Below are positions 12,626 through 25,358 of a stretch of DNA of 64,000 nucleotides, piece after piece. The DNA is from Botryllus schlosseri (taxonomy: Eukaryota): contig CM119371.1 in assembly GCA_051294905.1 (NCBI GenBank), positions 40,550,001-40,614,000 of the forward strand. The letters run 5' to 3'. The notes beneath the pieces were generated by a model. The model searched no databases. It worked only from the letters and a program-made list of their open reading frames with translations, and was not told the DNA's origin. Every line of letters starts with the position of its first letter. The first letter of the stretch is position 1. A program made the translations under genes and the position numbers.

Positions 12626-13251
12626 ATGCTAGATTTTCCCGCTGATTTCGAATCTGACTTTATTTTTCTTTTAACACATCAGGTTTGCAAGATGTCATCG
12701 AAGTTGTATTTTCAAAAAATAAATGCGTAAAAGTTTCCGTGACACTTAAAATGTTAAGCATATGATTTTTTGCACAAATGACATATTGACGGTATAATGT
12801 CGACTTCGGACGAAGCGAGAAGAGCTTTATCTTCATGAAAACCATAAGGATATTCCCTCAAATCAGCCGAAATGGTGACCTACCCGACGAACTGCCTATA
12901 TATTATGTTGCTGAATCTTATTATGACGCCGCGGTATAACATCCAGTTGCAGCCCTCTTCAATATCGTATTCTACAGATCTTGGTAAATAGTTTCCATAG
13001 CCCAAATGTGCTTTTTCATTACAAACAGCATGATTAGTAAGGATTTCATTGAATAGCTTACAAAACTAGTTCGATGCTTTCAAAAGATTCTTTCACATGA
13101 TAACAATGTGTTGACGATGGTATATTCTTATCGTCAAGCAGTAACAAGTTCTGTGGATTTCCAATTAGCCCGTTATATTGGTATTTGAATTGTGACGACA
13201 CATACCTGACGATCGACGACTAAATATGAACCTCTTTAGCATACTTTAGGT

Positions 13252-14929
13252 CAGGGGTGGGCAACATACGGCCCGCCGGCCGGATCCGGCCCGCGAAGGG
13301 ATTTTGTCCGGCCCGCGGACAGTTTTCTGTCTTACATGATAATGTGGCCCGCGGCTCCAGTAATCAGAGAGTCCTATCTACTTGCGTAAACGTCAAATTT
13401 TAGTGCCTGTATATTAATATGCACATGTATGCGCACTGCGCAGTGAGCGAGGGTGGTGCTTACTAGTAAGTTAGTCGAAGCGAGAAGACTTGCATTATCG
13501 GCATTTACAATGTACTCAACCCTAATGTCATTTGTGGTAATGATGGTGTTTGTCGATTACAATGTTCATTTACACTAGGCCGATATTTCATATTTTTGAT
13601 CCTGTAACCGTCGACTTGTAGCACGACACACTTCTAGGCTTTTGTAAGACATCGCTTATGCCAGGGGGCGCCAACTCGAAACGGGTCGCGGGCCACTTTC
13701 AAATTTTGTAGAGGCCGCGGGCCGCATGAATTCAATATCGAGATAAAATAGGCCATACAGTTGAACAACCACGCTATATCTCGTCACCTACTAAACCAGG
13801 GTGGCCAACCTGCGGCCGTAGAAGGGAAATTTGTGGGCAAGTAATTCAATTAGTACCGTATGTGCGGGAGGCCGTCGACATGCAATTTGAATTTACAAAT
13901 TGAGTCTCGATTTTTTGAGAGATCCCAATCAATCTTGAAATTTTCTTCGCGCTGCGTCCGATTCAATTTGCCTTCGTTTATCGATTTTAATATAGTGGCG
14001 CCCTTTGCAATTATAGCCCCACAGTACAGACGTGAACAGCAGACGAAAATGATGCGCCTCATATAGAAGTACCAACTCGGAGTCTTGTACTCCTCACTAT
14101 ACGGACAATCTTGATGGTAGGTCAAGAAATAATAGCATGTAACCAAGTGAATAATTATAATTGGCCCACCCAAAGATGAATCATCATTGATATCTTGTCC
14201 TAAATTATCGAAAACCACACCCTCCATCAAATCTACAGTTTAATTTGATGACATCGGATGAGAAATAATATGAAAAATACTATTATTTGTGACGAAATTC
14301 ATGTGTGAATCGGAAAATATTTCCCCGCTTCGCGCGATTATGTACTGCCCATAACATAACCATGACCAGTCACCAGTGACCACTCGCGAAGTCGGTGCGT
14401 ATAGTATAAGCCTATGTGATTAAATGGATAAGTCCGGAGTTCACCGGAAAAGGACATGGACACTATAACATGTGTATTTGGCGTCCAGATAGCTCATTAC
14501 GACTATGCCCTGGAATGCGGCCGTAGGCTACATGAGTAGTCGAAATGCGGCCGTGAATGGCAAAAAGGTTGGCCATATCTGTACTAAACCCTAATGAAGA
14601 GATATACTGGTGAATTTGTAGTACCGGGCTTATCGAACGCCCTGAAATCTTAATTAGGGATTGCACCGTGTTGATCGATCAGAGAGAAGCAAACATAATG
14701 GTGCCTGTATGACAATGCTGTTCTCAAATCCACATTGTCTTCGTCATTATTGGCGAGAAATGGCTTTGAAGTTACATTGCTGTCGTTAAAATACATTCAA
14801 TAAATACGATTTATTCCTTGTGTATATGTGGATAAATGGGCGAATAATGTATCGATTCAGCAATCCAGCCCGCCAAGTATTTGATTTTCCTATATCCGGC
14901 CCGCCGACTGGAGAAGTTGCCCGCCCCTG
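13252..14929 (+). mobile_element. Non-autonomous hAT (Buster/Charlie-like) element
   Basis: TIRs CAGGGGTGGGCAAC / GTTGCCCGCCCCTG, perfect 8-bp TSD CTTTAGGT, GGCCCG subterminal motifs. Confidence 0.92.
13797..14581. mobile_element. Nested hAT MITE
   Basis: TIRs CAGGGTGGCCAACC / GGTTGGCCATATCTG and TSD TACTAAAC. The paralogous copy has the empty site (single TACTAAAC) at 10864-10871. Confidence 0.92.
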
Positions 14930-16704
14930 CTTTAGGTCTTCTTGGCGATGAGAACTATATTTCCAATTTCAAACGGATACGGTATCTAAGCTTGTTGCTT
15001 GGTAATATCATATTACATTGTACTACTAATTATGAAAGACCGCTGTCTTTTACCGCGGTGATCAAATATCACAAAGTCATGGATAGTCCCGGTCTTGAGT
15101 GCGTGCCGTCCTAGCACTAAGAACTTACCGCCTAAAAGTAATTCGAGGATAGTTCCAAGCAATTTTGGCGTTATATCCGTAAGCAGGATTCGTGAAATAT
15201 TGAGTGAAAGAATGGTCGCCAACTGAAAACGGCTCGTTGGCCACTTTTCAAATTTGGTAGAGGCCGCGGGCCGCAAGAGTACATTATCCCGACAGAATAG
15301 GTCACACAGTTGAGCAACCACGATTTTTAAAACTTTACGGCAGGACAACGCTGCACTCAAACATGGGCAACGGGCATTAGTTACTACAAAAGAAATAATA
15401 TTTTAATAAGGAAATTAGGAAAGGCCTACAAAAAAAAATATCATGATCATGCGAATTCTATTTTAAACTATAAGCTGTTCAGTATACCCGACAAAGCCTT
15501 TCATGGACTGAGGAATCGATATTGGGGCTAGCGAGACACTGAACTAATTGAATGATTATGGCCCCGCATCTTGATGATGTAAGACAGTGGTTCTTAACCA
15601 TTTTTCCTCCAGCACCCCCTTTCAAAAATTATTGTGCTCCAGCGCCCCCAAACCTTATATTGTAAGGAATGTAGTAAAGACAATGAGTAAGAGTTTGGGC
15701 CGTAACAGCACTTCGTTAACCCCCCTAAAATCGATTGCCTTGCGCACCCATAGCGTGATAAACCAAACTTCTGAAGGCTTTGCCCCCAAGAACCCCGTAG
15801 CGTGATTTCGATGGTCAGCAAAGTTTGTGTGGCCAGGTCGCCCTAGGTACCAAAAGTTTCTATTATGCATGAATGAATAGGTGGTATTTACATATATATG
15901 TCGCTATAAACTTTTTCTCCTCTCAGCCCACGTAATTAGATTTACCAGTAGCGCTGAGTGAGCTGCTGTATGGGAAAATAAAGGGCACGCAATGAAAAAT
16001 TAAACATATTTGGGAGTGCCCGTAGGTACAATTAATTCGTTACTAGGACCGTAACAGCACTTCGTCAGCCCCCCCCCCCCCCCCCCCCAACAAAAAAAAA
16101 ACTGTTGGTCTTGGGCCCCTCATCGGGTGATAAACCAAACTGAGGGGCTTTCGCCCCCAGACCCCCTTTCGGCTATCCGCTATTTGCTGAAACTAGTCAT
16201 CTACACTAGGTGTCCATTTACTGAGGCAACTATTCTCGCCTAGACGCACGAAACGCGAAAAATTTCACTAATTAATGATTGAATTGGTAAATATGATCGT
16301 GACTTGCATGTATATTGTGATCAATTTTCATCCTCTCTCTGCTCGCGTAAACAGATTTACCGGTAAAGCTGAGTGATGTGTGATTGAAAAGGTAGGACCC
16401 CTCAATAATAATTATACATCTTCGGACGTATGCCCGTCGGCAGGAACGAAACGGCACTTCGTCAAGCCCCCCAAAAAACTTGGGTCTTGGGATCCCATAG
16501 GGTGATAAACCGACCGCCCTCCATCACGTCGTTCGCTTTTGCCAGGAATCAGCTGAACTGTATAGCGAGCCAGTGCGAAGCGCGAAAACTTTCGATAATT
16601 CATAATATGATCAATCGGTCAGTAAGAATTGCATAAATATTGCTATCAATTTGTTGTCTTCTCAGCTCACGTTACGAGATTTACCGGTAGAGCTGAGTGA
16701 GGTG

Positions 16705-16875
16705 CAATATTCCCTCTAAGCTGCACTCATGACCAGTGAACGGTCTCTGCTCACAGAAAATCTACGTTGCGCACAACAAATCCGAAGTTATGACCTTTTT
16801 TTAGTCGTTACGCACTGTTGTCCAAGGGTCAGCGAAGACTGTGCGCTGACTTATCAAAACTTGGAGCGAACATTG
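16705..16875. mobile_element. Short nested MITE
   Basis: Imperfect TIRs CAATATTCCCTCT / GGAGCGAACATTG flanked by duplicated TGAGGTG. Confidence 0.6.
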
Positions 16876-16957
16876 TGAGGTGTCTTGGAAACTGTGGGGC
16901 CCGTAACTGATGATTAAACATATTCGGGCGGGCGAACCTGTTGGTATGACTTCGTTG

Positions 16958-17924
16958 CAGTGTTGGGATCAAGTCACTACCTTCGAGTCACGAGTCATCT
17001 CGAGTCATTGCAGATTTTGACTCGAGTCAAGTCAAGTCAATCGATTATCAAGGGTGACTCGAGTCAAGTCAAGTCACCCGTTTTTTGAAGACGACTCGAG
17101 TCAAGTCGAGTCAAGTCAAGTCAAGTCACGAGTCAAGTCACAATTCAAGTCAAATTGAATTTTCAAAGTATGAGTAAAGATTCATAGTCGTTACATTTTT
17201 CTAACTGTGTGAAAGTCAGATTAATTTATCAATTATCTTGAATCGGATAACGAATATGTAATTAAATATACATGTTGTGTCCCTCACGCACACGTAGAAC
17301 GGCTAATAGCATACGTGCGTAACTGTCCACGTGTGCATCTACATGCTACAATCAGTTATTATCAGCAAAAAGATAGGTCATAATACGAAGTTTCGAGAAG
17401 ATGAAACAAATTGATTTGGCAAAATAGCCCACACTAAACATCTACACATCCGTGAGAATATAAACGCATAAGCTATATTTGTTCGATTTAAATCATACAG
17501 GATGGTTGGTAAAGGTGAGCACTGCGTAACGTAAGCATTGAGAGCCATCTAAGAAACAGAGACACATTACTGCTATTTAGATTAATCTTCTACTACTACA
17601 ATGACAACGTAAGCTGTGATTGTTGAGTTTGCAACCAATTAATTGTGATCTAACAATCGGGGATCCGTTACAATCAGTGAAGGACTGGTTGCTCTCACAA
17701 GTGACACCGGCGTATCTCGAACAATCCGAATATACACAAGATACAGTGATTTATTCGAAACCGTTTACTTGATGACTTGAAATTGACTCGTAAATTTTGC
17801 TCCGAGTCACGAGTCAAGGCACATTTTTGAAGCTCCGAGTCAAGTCAAGTCAAGTCATTTTTCCAACGTGACTCGAGTCAAGTCAAGTCATACGAAAAAG
17901 TTGACTCGAGTCATCCCAACACTG
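16958..17924. mobile_element. Nested hAT MITE with GAGTC/AAGTC subterminal repeats
   Basis: TIRs CAGTGTTGGGAT / ATCCCAACACTG; perfect TSD CTTCGTTG. Confidence 0.93.
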
Positions 17925-20136
17925 CTTCGTTGCGTGATGTTATTTCGTGACCTGTCTGCTATATCAAAAAATATAGAATCGCCCAACAGGAATATCTAGT
18001 TTTAGATATCCCTGTCGTCCAATTGTACTCAGCTAAAAGACACACACGATTTTAGGGTGTTATTTCTTAACTTGCATGTATTTTTTCCCTGCCAGATGGA
18101 ATTCCTCTTCTGGTGTTCAGATTGCCAAGACACGAACATTCGGTGCCAGTCATTTAGGCGCCCATGGACAATTATTCCTATATGTCTTTTGTAGGCTATA
18201 TATAACGAAGTTTTCGGCGTTAATTACTCTGAATACTCACTAGAGATATGTCCTACTACTACATCATCTACTGCGAAGCCATTTTCTCCAGCGCCCCCCA
18301 TACCGCCCCCCTGAGCCCAGTGCCCCCCATATCGCCCCTGAGCGTTTCCGCCCCTTCAAAATCGACAGCGCCCCCTGGGGGGCGCTGGAGGCAAGGTTAA
18401 GAACCACTGATGTAGGACAACCCCTAGCCTTTTTCTAATCGTCTCGGTTTTGACAGTATCTGCATGGGTCATTGCACGTCAGGGAAATATGCCTATTCAG
18501 ATCAGCTGATTTTCCCTCGATGGAATGTTGTTGGTGTCGCTGAAACCGTTTCAGCTATCGCAGAAAAGTGATGTTGAGAAGAGGAGATTTAGAAAATAGC
18601 TAACTGTGAACAACAAAAAACAAAAACAACAGCAATGCTTTGAAACTGAAATCAGTTCCAGCATTTCATAATGCTTTACTAAGCGTTTTTCCAGAATCTT
18701 GAATGAGGTCACGGTCACGGGCCGCAAAATATGAACAATGGGCCTATGACCCCTGCTCTACATTTTGATATATTGTATCTTTCAGTGTAGTTTTTATGAC
18801 CAATTCTTGTGACTCTACTCAACACTAAATAGCTTCGTAGTCCACCTAGAAATGTTCCTGTCGTCTACGGTTAGCTAGTATAGATTTATATGAATGATGA
18901 CTGCTCAACGAAATCATTGTTTCGGCATTTTTAAGGGAAAGAAAGACTTGTCCGTCACAATAACAGTGTACATTACGTCATTAATATTTTGTATACCGTA
19001 AAGGTTGTCAGTCGGATCATGACCAATCGCCTGGTTGTATGCGCGATCATCCGACACTGTTTCAAGTTGGTTCTTTTAAACTACTTTACATCTGCATCCA
19101 GGTTCCGTGCAGTGGTGCCCATATTTCTTGAGTCACAAAAACACTATTTGGAATGTACGGAATACATTGCTACTTATCACAGTAGCAAATTTCAACGAGT
19201 AGCCCCTGCAAATATGAGGATGAGACACAATGACGTGCGACATTCTCAAGCATGTGAGTATAATATTAATTTAAGGTTGAGTTGGGTTGGGTTTTGGGTT
19301 AGGTATATGGGGTTCAGATTTGTTTACCGTTACGAGTTGAGTCACAGTTTAATTAGGGTTCGATGTTGGGTTACAGAATCCAATGCCAATATTTCAATTT
19401 ATATTTTCGGAATCGGTGCAACACTGCAACAGTAGCTTTCGATCAAGACCAGATTCAGTAATTTCTGCCCTCGGGAAGATAGCCTTTGGGTTGCCAGAAA
19501 TCCTACAGTCGCTTACGCAGAACAATTACCCACTCGAGCTTAAGCGAAGCGGAACGAAGCTGCAAAATCGGTCGATGCCGTTCCATGTTTAATATCTATA
19601 GTATGAGCCTGTACCCAAAAGTTGTTATAACAAGCTTGATTTGATCCCGAATTTGATTAGTCGAGCGGTCCACGGGCGCGATTCGCGCTATTTTCAGTAG
19701 TGAAGTTCCAGTTCGAAAATAACAATTGGACTCTGAACTCTTACTCCATTTTTACTACAGCCCCTAAAACATAGGGCGGGCTAGACTTGGGCAATTTTCG
19801 AAAAGGGCCGCTGCAGGAAAAAAACTTGGGAACCACTGCTCTAAATTGACACCACATTGCGCATTAAGTTGCATAATACAAAGGAAAACACATATGTTGG
19901 TCGAGATAATTCTCCTGAGGGTATCCAGAATGTGTGCCTGTGCAATTGTGCATGTACAGTTACTCGAATATAGGGAAACCATTACAATAATGAAGAGCGG
20001 GCAGATCCTTCCAAGTTCATCCAGACTATGCTGGTGGCTTTCATTGCGCATAATTTATGTGTCAACATATTGATTCTTCATTATGAGTGATTTTTCACAT
20101 GTTTTGTTCGTCAATGGAAAGTGCGTTGATGTAGAC

Positions 20137-21376
20137 CAGTGCTTCTTAATCTTTTTACCTCCAGTGACCCCTTTCAAAAATTGCCTGGTTCTGGCCCCCC
20201 CCCCCCTATTTTAAGGACTGTACTAGAAGACAAAGGGTAAGTGGTCGAAGTCACGTTGCGCATCGGGACTTCAATATTAGAAATATTTCACGCTTGAATT
20301 GCGCCCGAGGACCACTCGACTAATTAACGATATAATTAGTGTATGAGGTCATCGGGATCAAGTCAGGGTTGTTATATTAACCATTGGGTATAGCCTACGG
20401 GCTCACACCATTTGGTTCGAGATCCATGTACACATCCCGAATTCACCTCTGCGATTAGCAATACGGTGATGTTATTTGTATTGGGGTTTGTTTTATTGTT
20501 TTGTGTGACTACTAAATCAACTGAGAATGTGGTAGACATCTTTGCCCACATTAAATTTAGTACTGAACCAAGGTCTTAACGTGAACATGAACATGAATGT
20601 CGATCACAACACTAAGCAGTATCATAATTTATGATACGATGAAGAAATATTCTGACGACCGATTCTGTAGATATCAAATGTTGTAGCTCTCAAGTATATT
20701 CAGTTCATCATTTGGCCGAAAAGCTTGGAAGCATTTTTGATGCACAGGGCTGTTCAAAAGTAACTTTTTATTCCGGATTGCACCCATTCACTGATTAAAT
20801 CGTGAGGTTACCCTTAAAAACGCTGCGCATCAAATTTGGTTCAATTCAAACAAGTACGTGAATGATTAAAAAAAGATTTGTCTGTCAACCCTATGAAACT
20901 ATTGAGATGTGTTCAAAAACGATGCAAAACAAATTTGACTCAATTCCAACCTGTAGAAGTGGAGTTATTGCAGTTGAAAGTACTGGATTTGCAAAAATAG
21001 CATTGACGGTGGATGTTCAGATAATTATTAATAAAAACCTCAAATTCATTTTACATGAATTAAAATAAACCATTGCATTCAAGGAAACATCGTCGGTGGA
21101 TATTGCGCCAGGCGCGCGAGAAAAATCGTCGAGATTTGAGACATTTTGTAAAATGTTAGTTTGCAATGAGAGCTCAGGGATATATAGAACTATTGTTCCA
21201 CGGTATATAATCATATCTCTTCACTAAACCATCTACTACGAGGTCATTTTTCTACAGCTCCCGCCATACCGCCCCCCGAGCCCACCGCCCCCGATTTCAC
21301 CGCCTGGGCATTTCTGCCCCCTTCAAAATCAAAATCGCCCCCTGAGGGGCACTGGAGATAAGGTTAAAAACCACTG
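20137..21376. mobile_element. hAT MITE with ends related to 15585-18409
   Basis: TIRs CAGTGCTTCTTAATC / GGTTAAAAACCACTG; perfect TSD ATGTAGAC; homologous GC-rich subterminal blocks. Confidence 0.9.
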
Positions 21377-21483
21377 ATGTAGACCATTCCACTCAATTTG
21401 GACATCGTATTGACTGAAAGAGGACCGCACTCACCTTGACTCGTGGGACTTGCTTCTTTTTTAGCACCGGTATTGTTATAGAC

Positions 21484-21909
21484 CAGTGGTCGGCGACCTT
21501 ATTCGTCCAAAGAGCCATATTGACCGTATATTTTCCATTTTAACTCCCAAAAACCCCTACATGTCAATCAATTACTACGTCACAATTAAAAAATCGTGAC
21601 GTCATGATAACGCAAATCGAAATTAATACATGGGATTCGTCGTTTGCAACGTATATTCTCTGTAAAATCTCGTACTAATCATGCTGGTTGCCTTATTCGA
21701 GTAATTAGTATGCGAAACTTGATTTACGTCGACCTTTAACAAGTTATATAGTTGTAATTGTATTGCACTGAGAGGCATACGATAATTTTCGAAGCTGAAG
21801 ATAATAATTAACATTTATAATCCCACAAAAATAAAAATTTCGCAAAGAGCCATATCTTTTGCCCAAAAGAGCCATTTATGACTCGCGAGCCATAGGTTCC
21901 CGACCACTG
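21484..21909. mobile_element. hAT MITE
   Basis: TIRs CAGTGGTCGGCGACCT / AGGTTCCCGACCACTG; TSD TTATAGAC/TCATAGAT (6 of 8); AAAGAGCC repeats. Confidence 0.8.
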
Positions 21910-23165
21910 TCATAGATATTCGTCTGATTTCCAGCCATGACGTTAGCCAGGCTCATTGTCAAATTAAGATTGACATTTTCACCTTCGGCCAAAGTTGAAG
22001 ATCCTAAGGTACACGTTATTATTGTACGCTCGTGAGGTTCCATGCGTAGCCATATTATAAAATAATTAGTATTCTATTTTCGAACTTCGAATCCTTGCGG
22101 CATCTGATTTACACAACGAGTAAAATGTCCTACATTTGAATTTATCGAATAACTGTTTTTTACGGATAGTAATATTTGAATTTTGAGTATTCTGAGCCCA
22201 TGTATAGGCCTACTACAGACATTACTTACCGCCTTTCCCGGTTGATAGTGATGTGGGCATGACATCAGCGACATCAGAATTGTGATTTTCACCCCCTTCT
22301 GCCATGCTATTGATAACGTAGTACTAATTAGCTAGAGTGTATAACGATACTGAAAATGCATGTAGTAATTAGAATCAATGACGCATCTTTGCTGAACAGC
22401 ATGCCGAGACTATTAATCTGGAGTACTGAACTATTTGGTATTTGGTAGTTCTATACGGGAAATATGACCTGTTAACAGTCACATGTCCACAACTTAGTAA
22501 TACCCTATTCTATAGGAAACGATTTGTTGAATAAAAAATCGTATGGATCATACACCATGCCACGAGTTTGTCTAACAGGATCTGGCAAAAATGCGATAAT
22601 TGATATCGAAGCTCGTCAACTTTAACTGTGTCTCGCAGAGAGTCCAAAATCGTCACTTTGCAATTCTGCCAAAATAGCAGATACTACATTAAAACGTAAT
22701 TCGCGCCGTGGCGATTTGCCAGCAGCGACGGATTTACCCTTCCCAAGTCACAACATATCGCTCGCAATTACATTTACAAGAGTTCCACAACGATATCGAC
22801 GGTACTATTGGCAGCCATGAATAAATCTTTGCGATGCACCGGTTGTGTGTACTTACTATCGATGTATATATCACGGACTTAGATTCTCAGAAATGTAAAT
22901 GAAAACATCACGGCATTAATATAGTCCTTACATATTACGGTGTCGTCATTTAAAATTGAATTTGCTTCTAATTCAGCTGCCCACAAGTTAAAACTATAAT
23001 AAATATTCGTACGGCAATTTACAGATCATACTACGAAGTAGGGATGGTGTGAACGTGAGGTTCACGTTGGCGTTCTGTGTGTGAACCCTGGAAATTTAGA
23101 GGTTCACGTTCACAAACTAACCTTGGTATGTTCTGCACTGTGAACCTTTTCCATGTATCACGATT

Positions 23166-23520
23166 TTCACTTCATTATAACATCTGAAAGGACGTAGTTT
23201 ATTTTTGTCCTTGATGTTTTTTGCGGCATATACACCGACTCATGATACACATACCCACGATCTGTGCATATGCATACCCTGAGTGCATGATGTACACATG
23301 CCACTGGACAAGGAAGTGCAGATATTACCGTTGGCTTTCTAAGGCATGCACCACCCCTCCATGCTGACCTCTCCATGCTATCCCAGTAATGCATGAGCGC
23401 CAAGCAGGGACGTCGTAGATACCAGTGTTACTAATCAGGTCTTTGGTCTGACCCGGCCGGGGATCGAACCCACTAACTACCGAGAAGCCGGACGCTTCAC
23501 AATCACGCTATCTTGTCGGT
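23166..23520 (-). mobile_element. tRNA-derived SINE (central domain resembles MetaSINE-type)
   Basis: Minus strand has an A-box-like TAGCGTGATTG and B box GGGTTCGATCCC, then GGTCAGACCAAAGAC...CCCTGCTTGGCGCTCA.GCATTA. The superfamily assignment is from memory only. Confidence 0.7.
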
Positions 23521-24402
23521 ACATCTTTGGTTGAAAATTGTTGCATTTCAACTGCGAGCCACTCTATGCATGGCGCTGGCACCATAACATAATAATCAAT
23601 ATTTAACGATAAGGCACCTTGACAATCTCAAAGATTGTACTTGCTTTATTAGAAAGTTTGCTCTCAGCTGTGAGCTTGACCCGCAATCACACAACATCAA
23701 GATCGCAATACACTACATGTAGGTAGTCAGCGAATGATGTTTATTCAGCCAATCAATGAAATTGATATCGCTGTCTGATGTAAAAAATCTAGCAGAACTA
23801 GGGGGTTAATCTTGATTTCAAATGTTTATTTTATCATGAAAACCAAATCCGTGCAGTGGATTACAGTGTTGGACATTTTGCTAAGTGGATGTATTAATGT
23901 TGGCTGCGTCCCTAGCTCTGTGTGGTTTGGGAAATAGCCTTGCAGTTTTGCTAACTTTCCTACTAGGCTCGCGTCAGTCGAGTGTGCGTATTCACTGCAT
24001 GATTTTTCTCATAATGTCGACTCGAATGATATTCCTTGAGCTCGAAGACCTTCTCGTTGCTCAGCACCAACTAAAAATAGCAATTTACCGATGACTTCAG
24101 TAAGTAATTTTTTTGAAATGGTGGCTTTCGGTCGCATCTTCCATTGCTTGACATAACATCGGGTATAAGTGAAGATGGTAGCTAATCACGTGTACTGACT
24201 GCATTATATTCAAATTTACGATTTGAAAACGCGTGACATAACAGTTTAAAGCACAGGCCTGACAGCAAACAAAGTTAGAACGTGAATATGGCAACAGCGA
24301 CGCCGATCAGAATCACGTCACACGCCACATTTTGGCCCACTGGCCGCACATTGCGCAGGTCTTCAGCAGATTATGTGTACGGTTCCTTTAGTAGGCCTAC
24401 GG

Positions 24403-25187
24403 CAGGGCTGGCCAACCTTTTCAGCCAACGGGCCACATTCGATTGACGAAATATTGCGCGGGCCACTTACCGCGCCAAGCGCGAAATTTTTTTGAAGTTC
24501 ATAGGTCAATAATTTTGTCACTTGATAGCATGGAGGAGAAAAAAACGGGGGCGCAGACTAGATGACCTCATGGGGCCGTATCGCAACTCCGTCGCCAAAG
24601 CATCTCGATGGTGCAGGCGAGAAAGAATATCATATCTCTCTCTCTTGACTATATTGCGGGCCTGCCGTATATCGCTGGGCTAAGTTTGCGAGGAATGGGC
24701 TATTCGGCGCATGGACATATCGATATCGAACGCTGCGACCAACATGCGTCAATCATTCCGTGCCTAGGTTTCTTAGTCAACGATCTTACTGCGAGCGCAA
24801 ACGCAAGGTCGCATTAGTCTCGTAATCGCGAATATAGTTAGACTCAATCTGATACATCAGGTGTTCTTCCATTTTCACAAAAAGGGCAACAATATTAAAA
24901 ACAAGGAATCGGGTGACAACATGTTGCGCCAAGCTTGTAGAAAATTTTACTTTTGATAAATCTATCGCAAATTATTCTGCTTTATTGTAGTGTACGAAGA
25001 TATACCAATATGTGACTGACTGATGGATCTGTCAATGCGTCGGAACTGATATTTAAGTCATCACATCTCAAGTGTTGCGGCCAAACTAATCAAATTTTTG
25101 GTTGGCCTTGCAAGTTCGCAATCTGTGCAATCCATTTTTAATATTAGAAATTTCGGAAATTACCTTGGCCGGGGTTGGCCGGCCCTG
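24403..25187. mobile_element. hAT MITE
   Basis: TIRs CAGGGCTGGCCAACC / GGTTGGCCGGCCCTG; perfect TSD GCCTACGG. Confidence 0.92.
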
Positions 25188-25358
25188 GCCTACGGCATAC
25201 TTCTCATAGTTTTGAATTGCTGCATCCTATGGCAATTCAGTCTTCGATGTGTAATATTGACCGCATAACCATCTACTTTTCCTGCCAAGTTCCCGCTACC
25301 AGACACCAGTATCCGTGGACTGTCCAGCTTAATTCGTAATTACAGTGTTTTAAAATGT

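Larger units (their letters stand above)
15585..18409. mobile_element. Non-autonomous hAT element with nested MITEs
   Basis: TIRs CAGTGGTTCTTAACC / GGTTAAGAACCACTG; TSD ATGTAAGA/ATGTAGGA (1 mismatch); internal degenerate ~350-390-bp repeats. Confidence 0.88.
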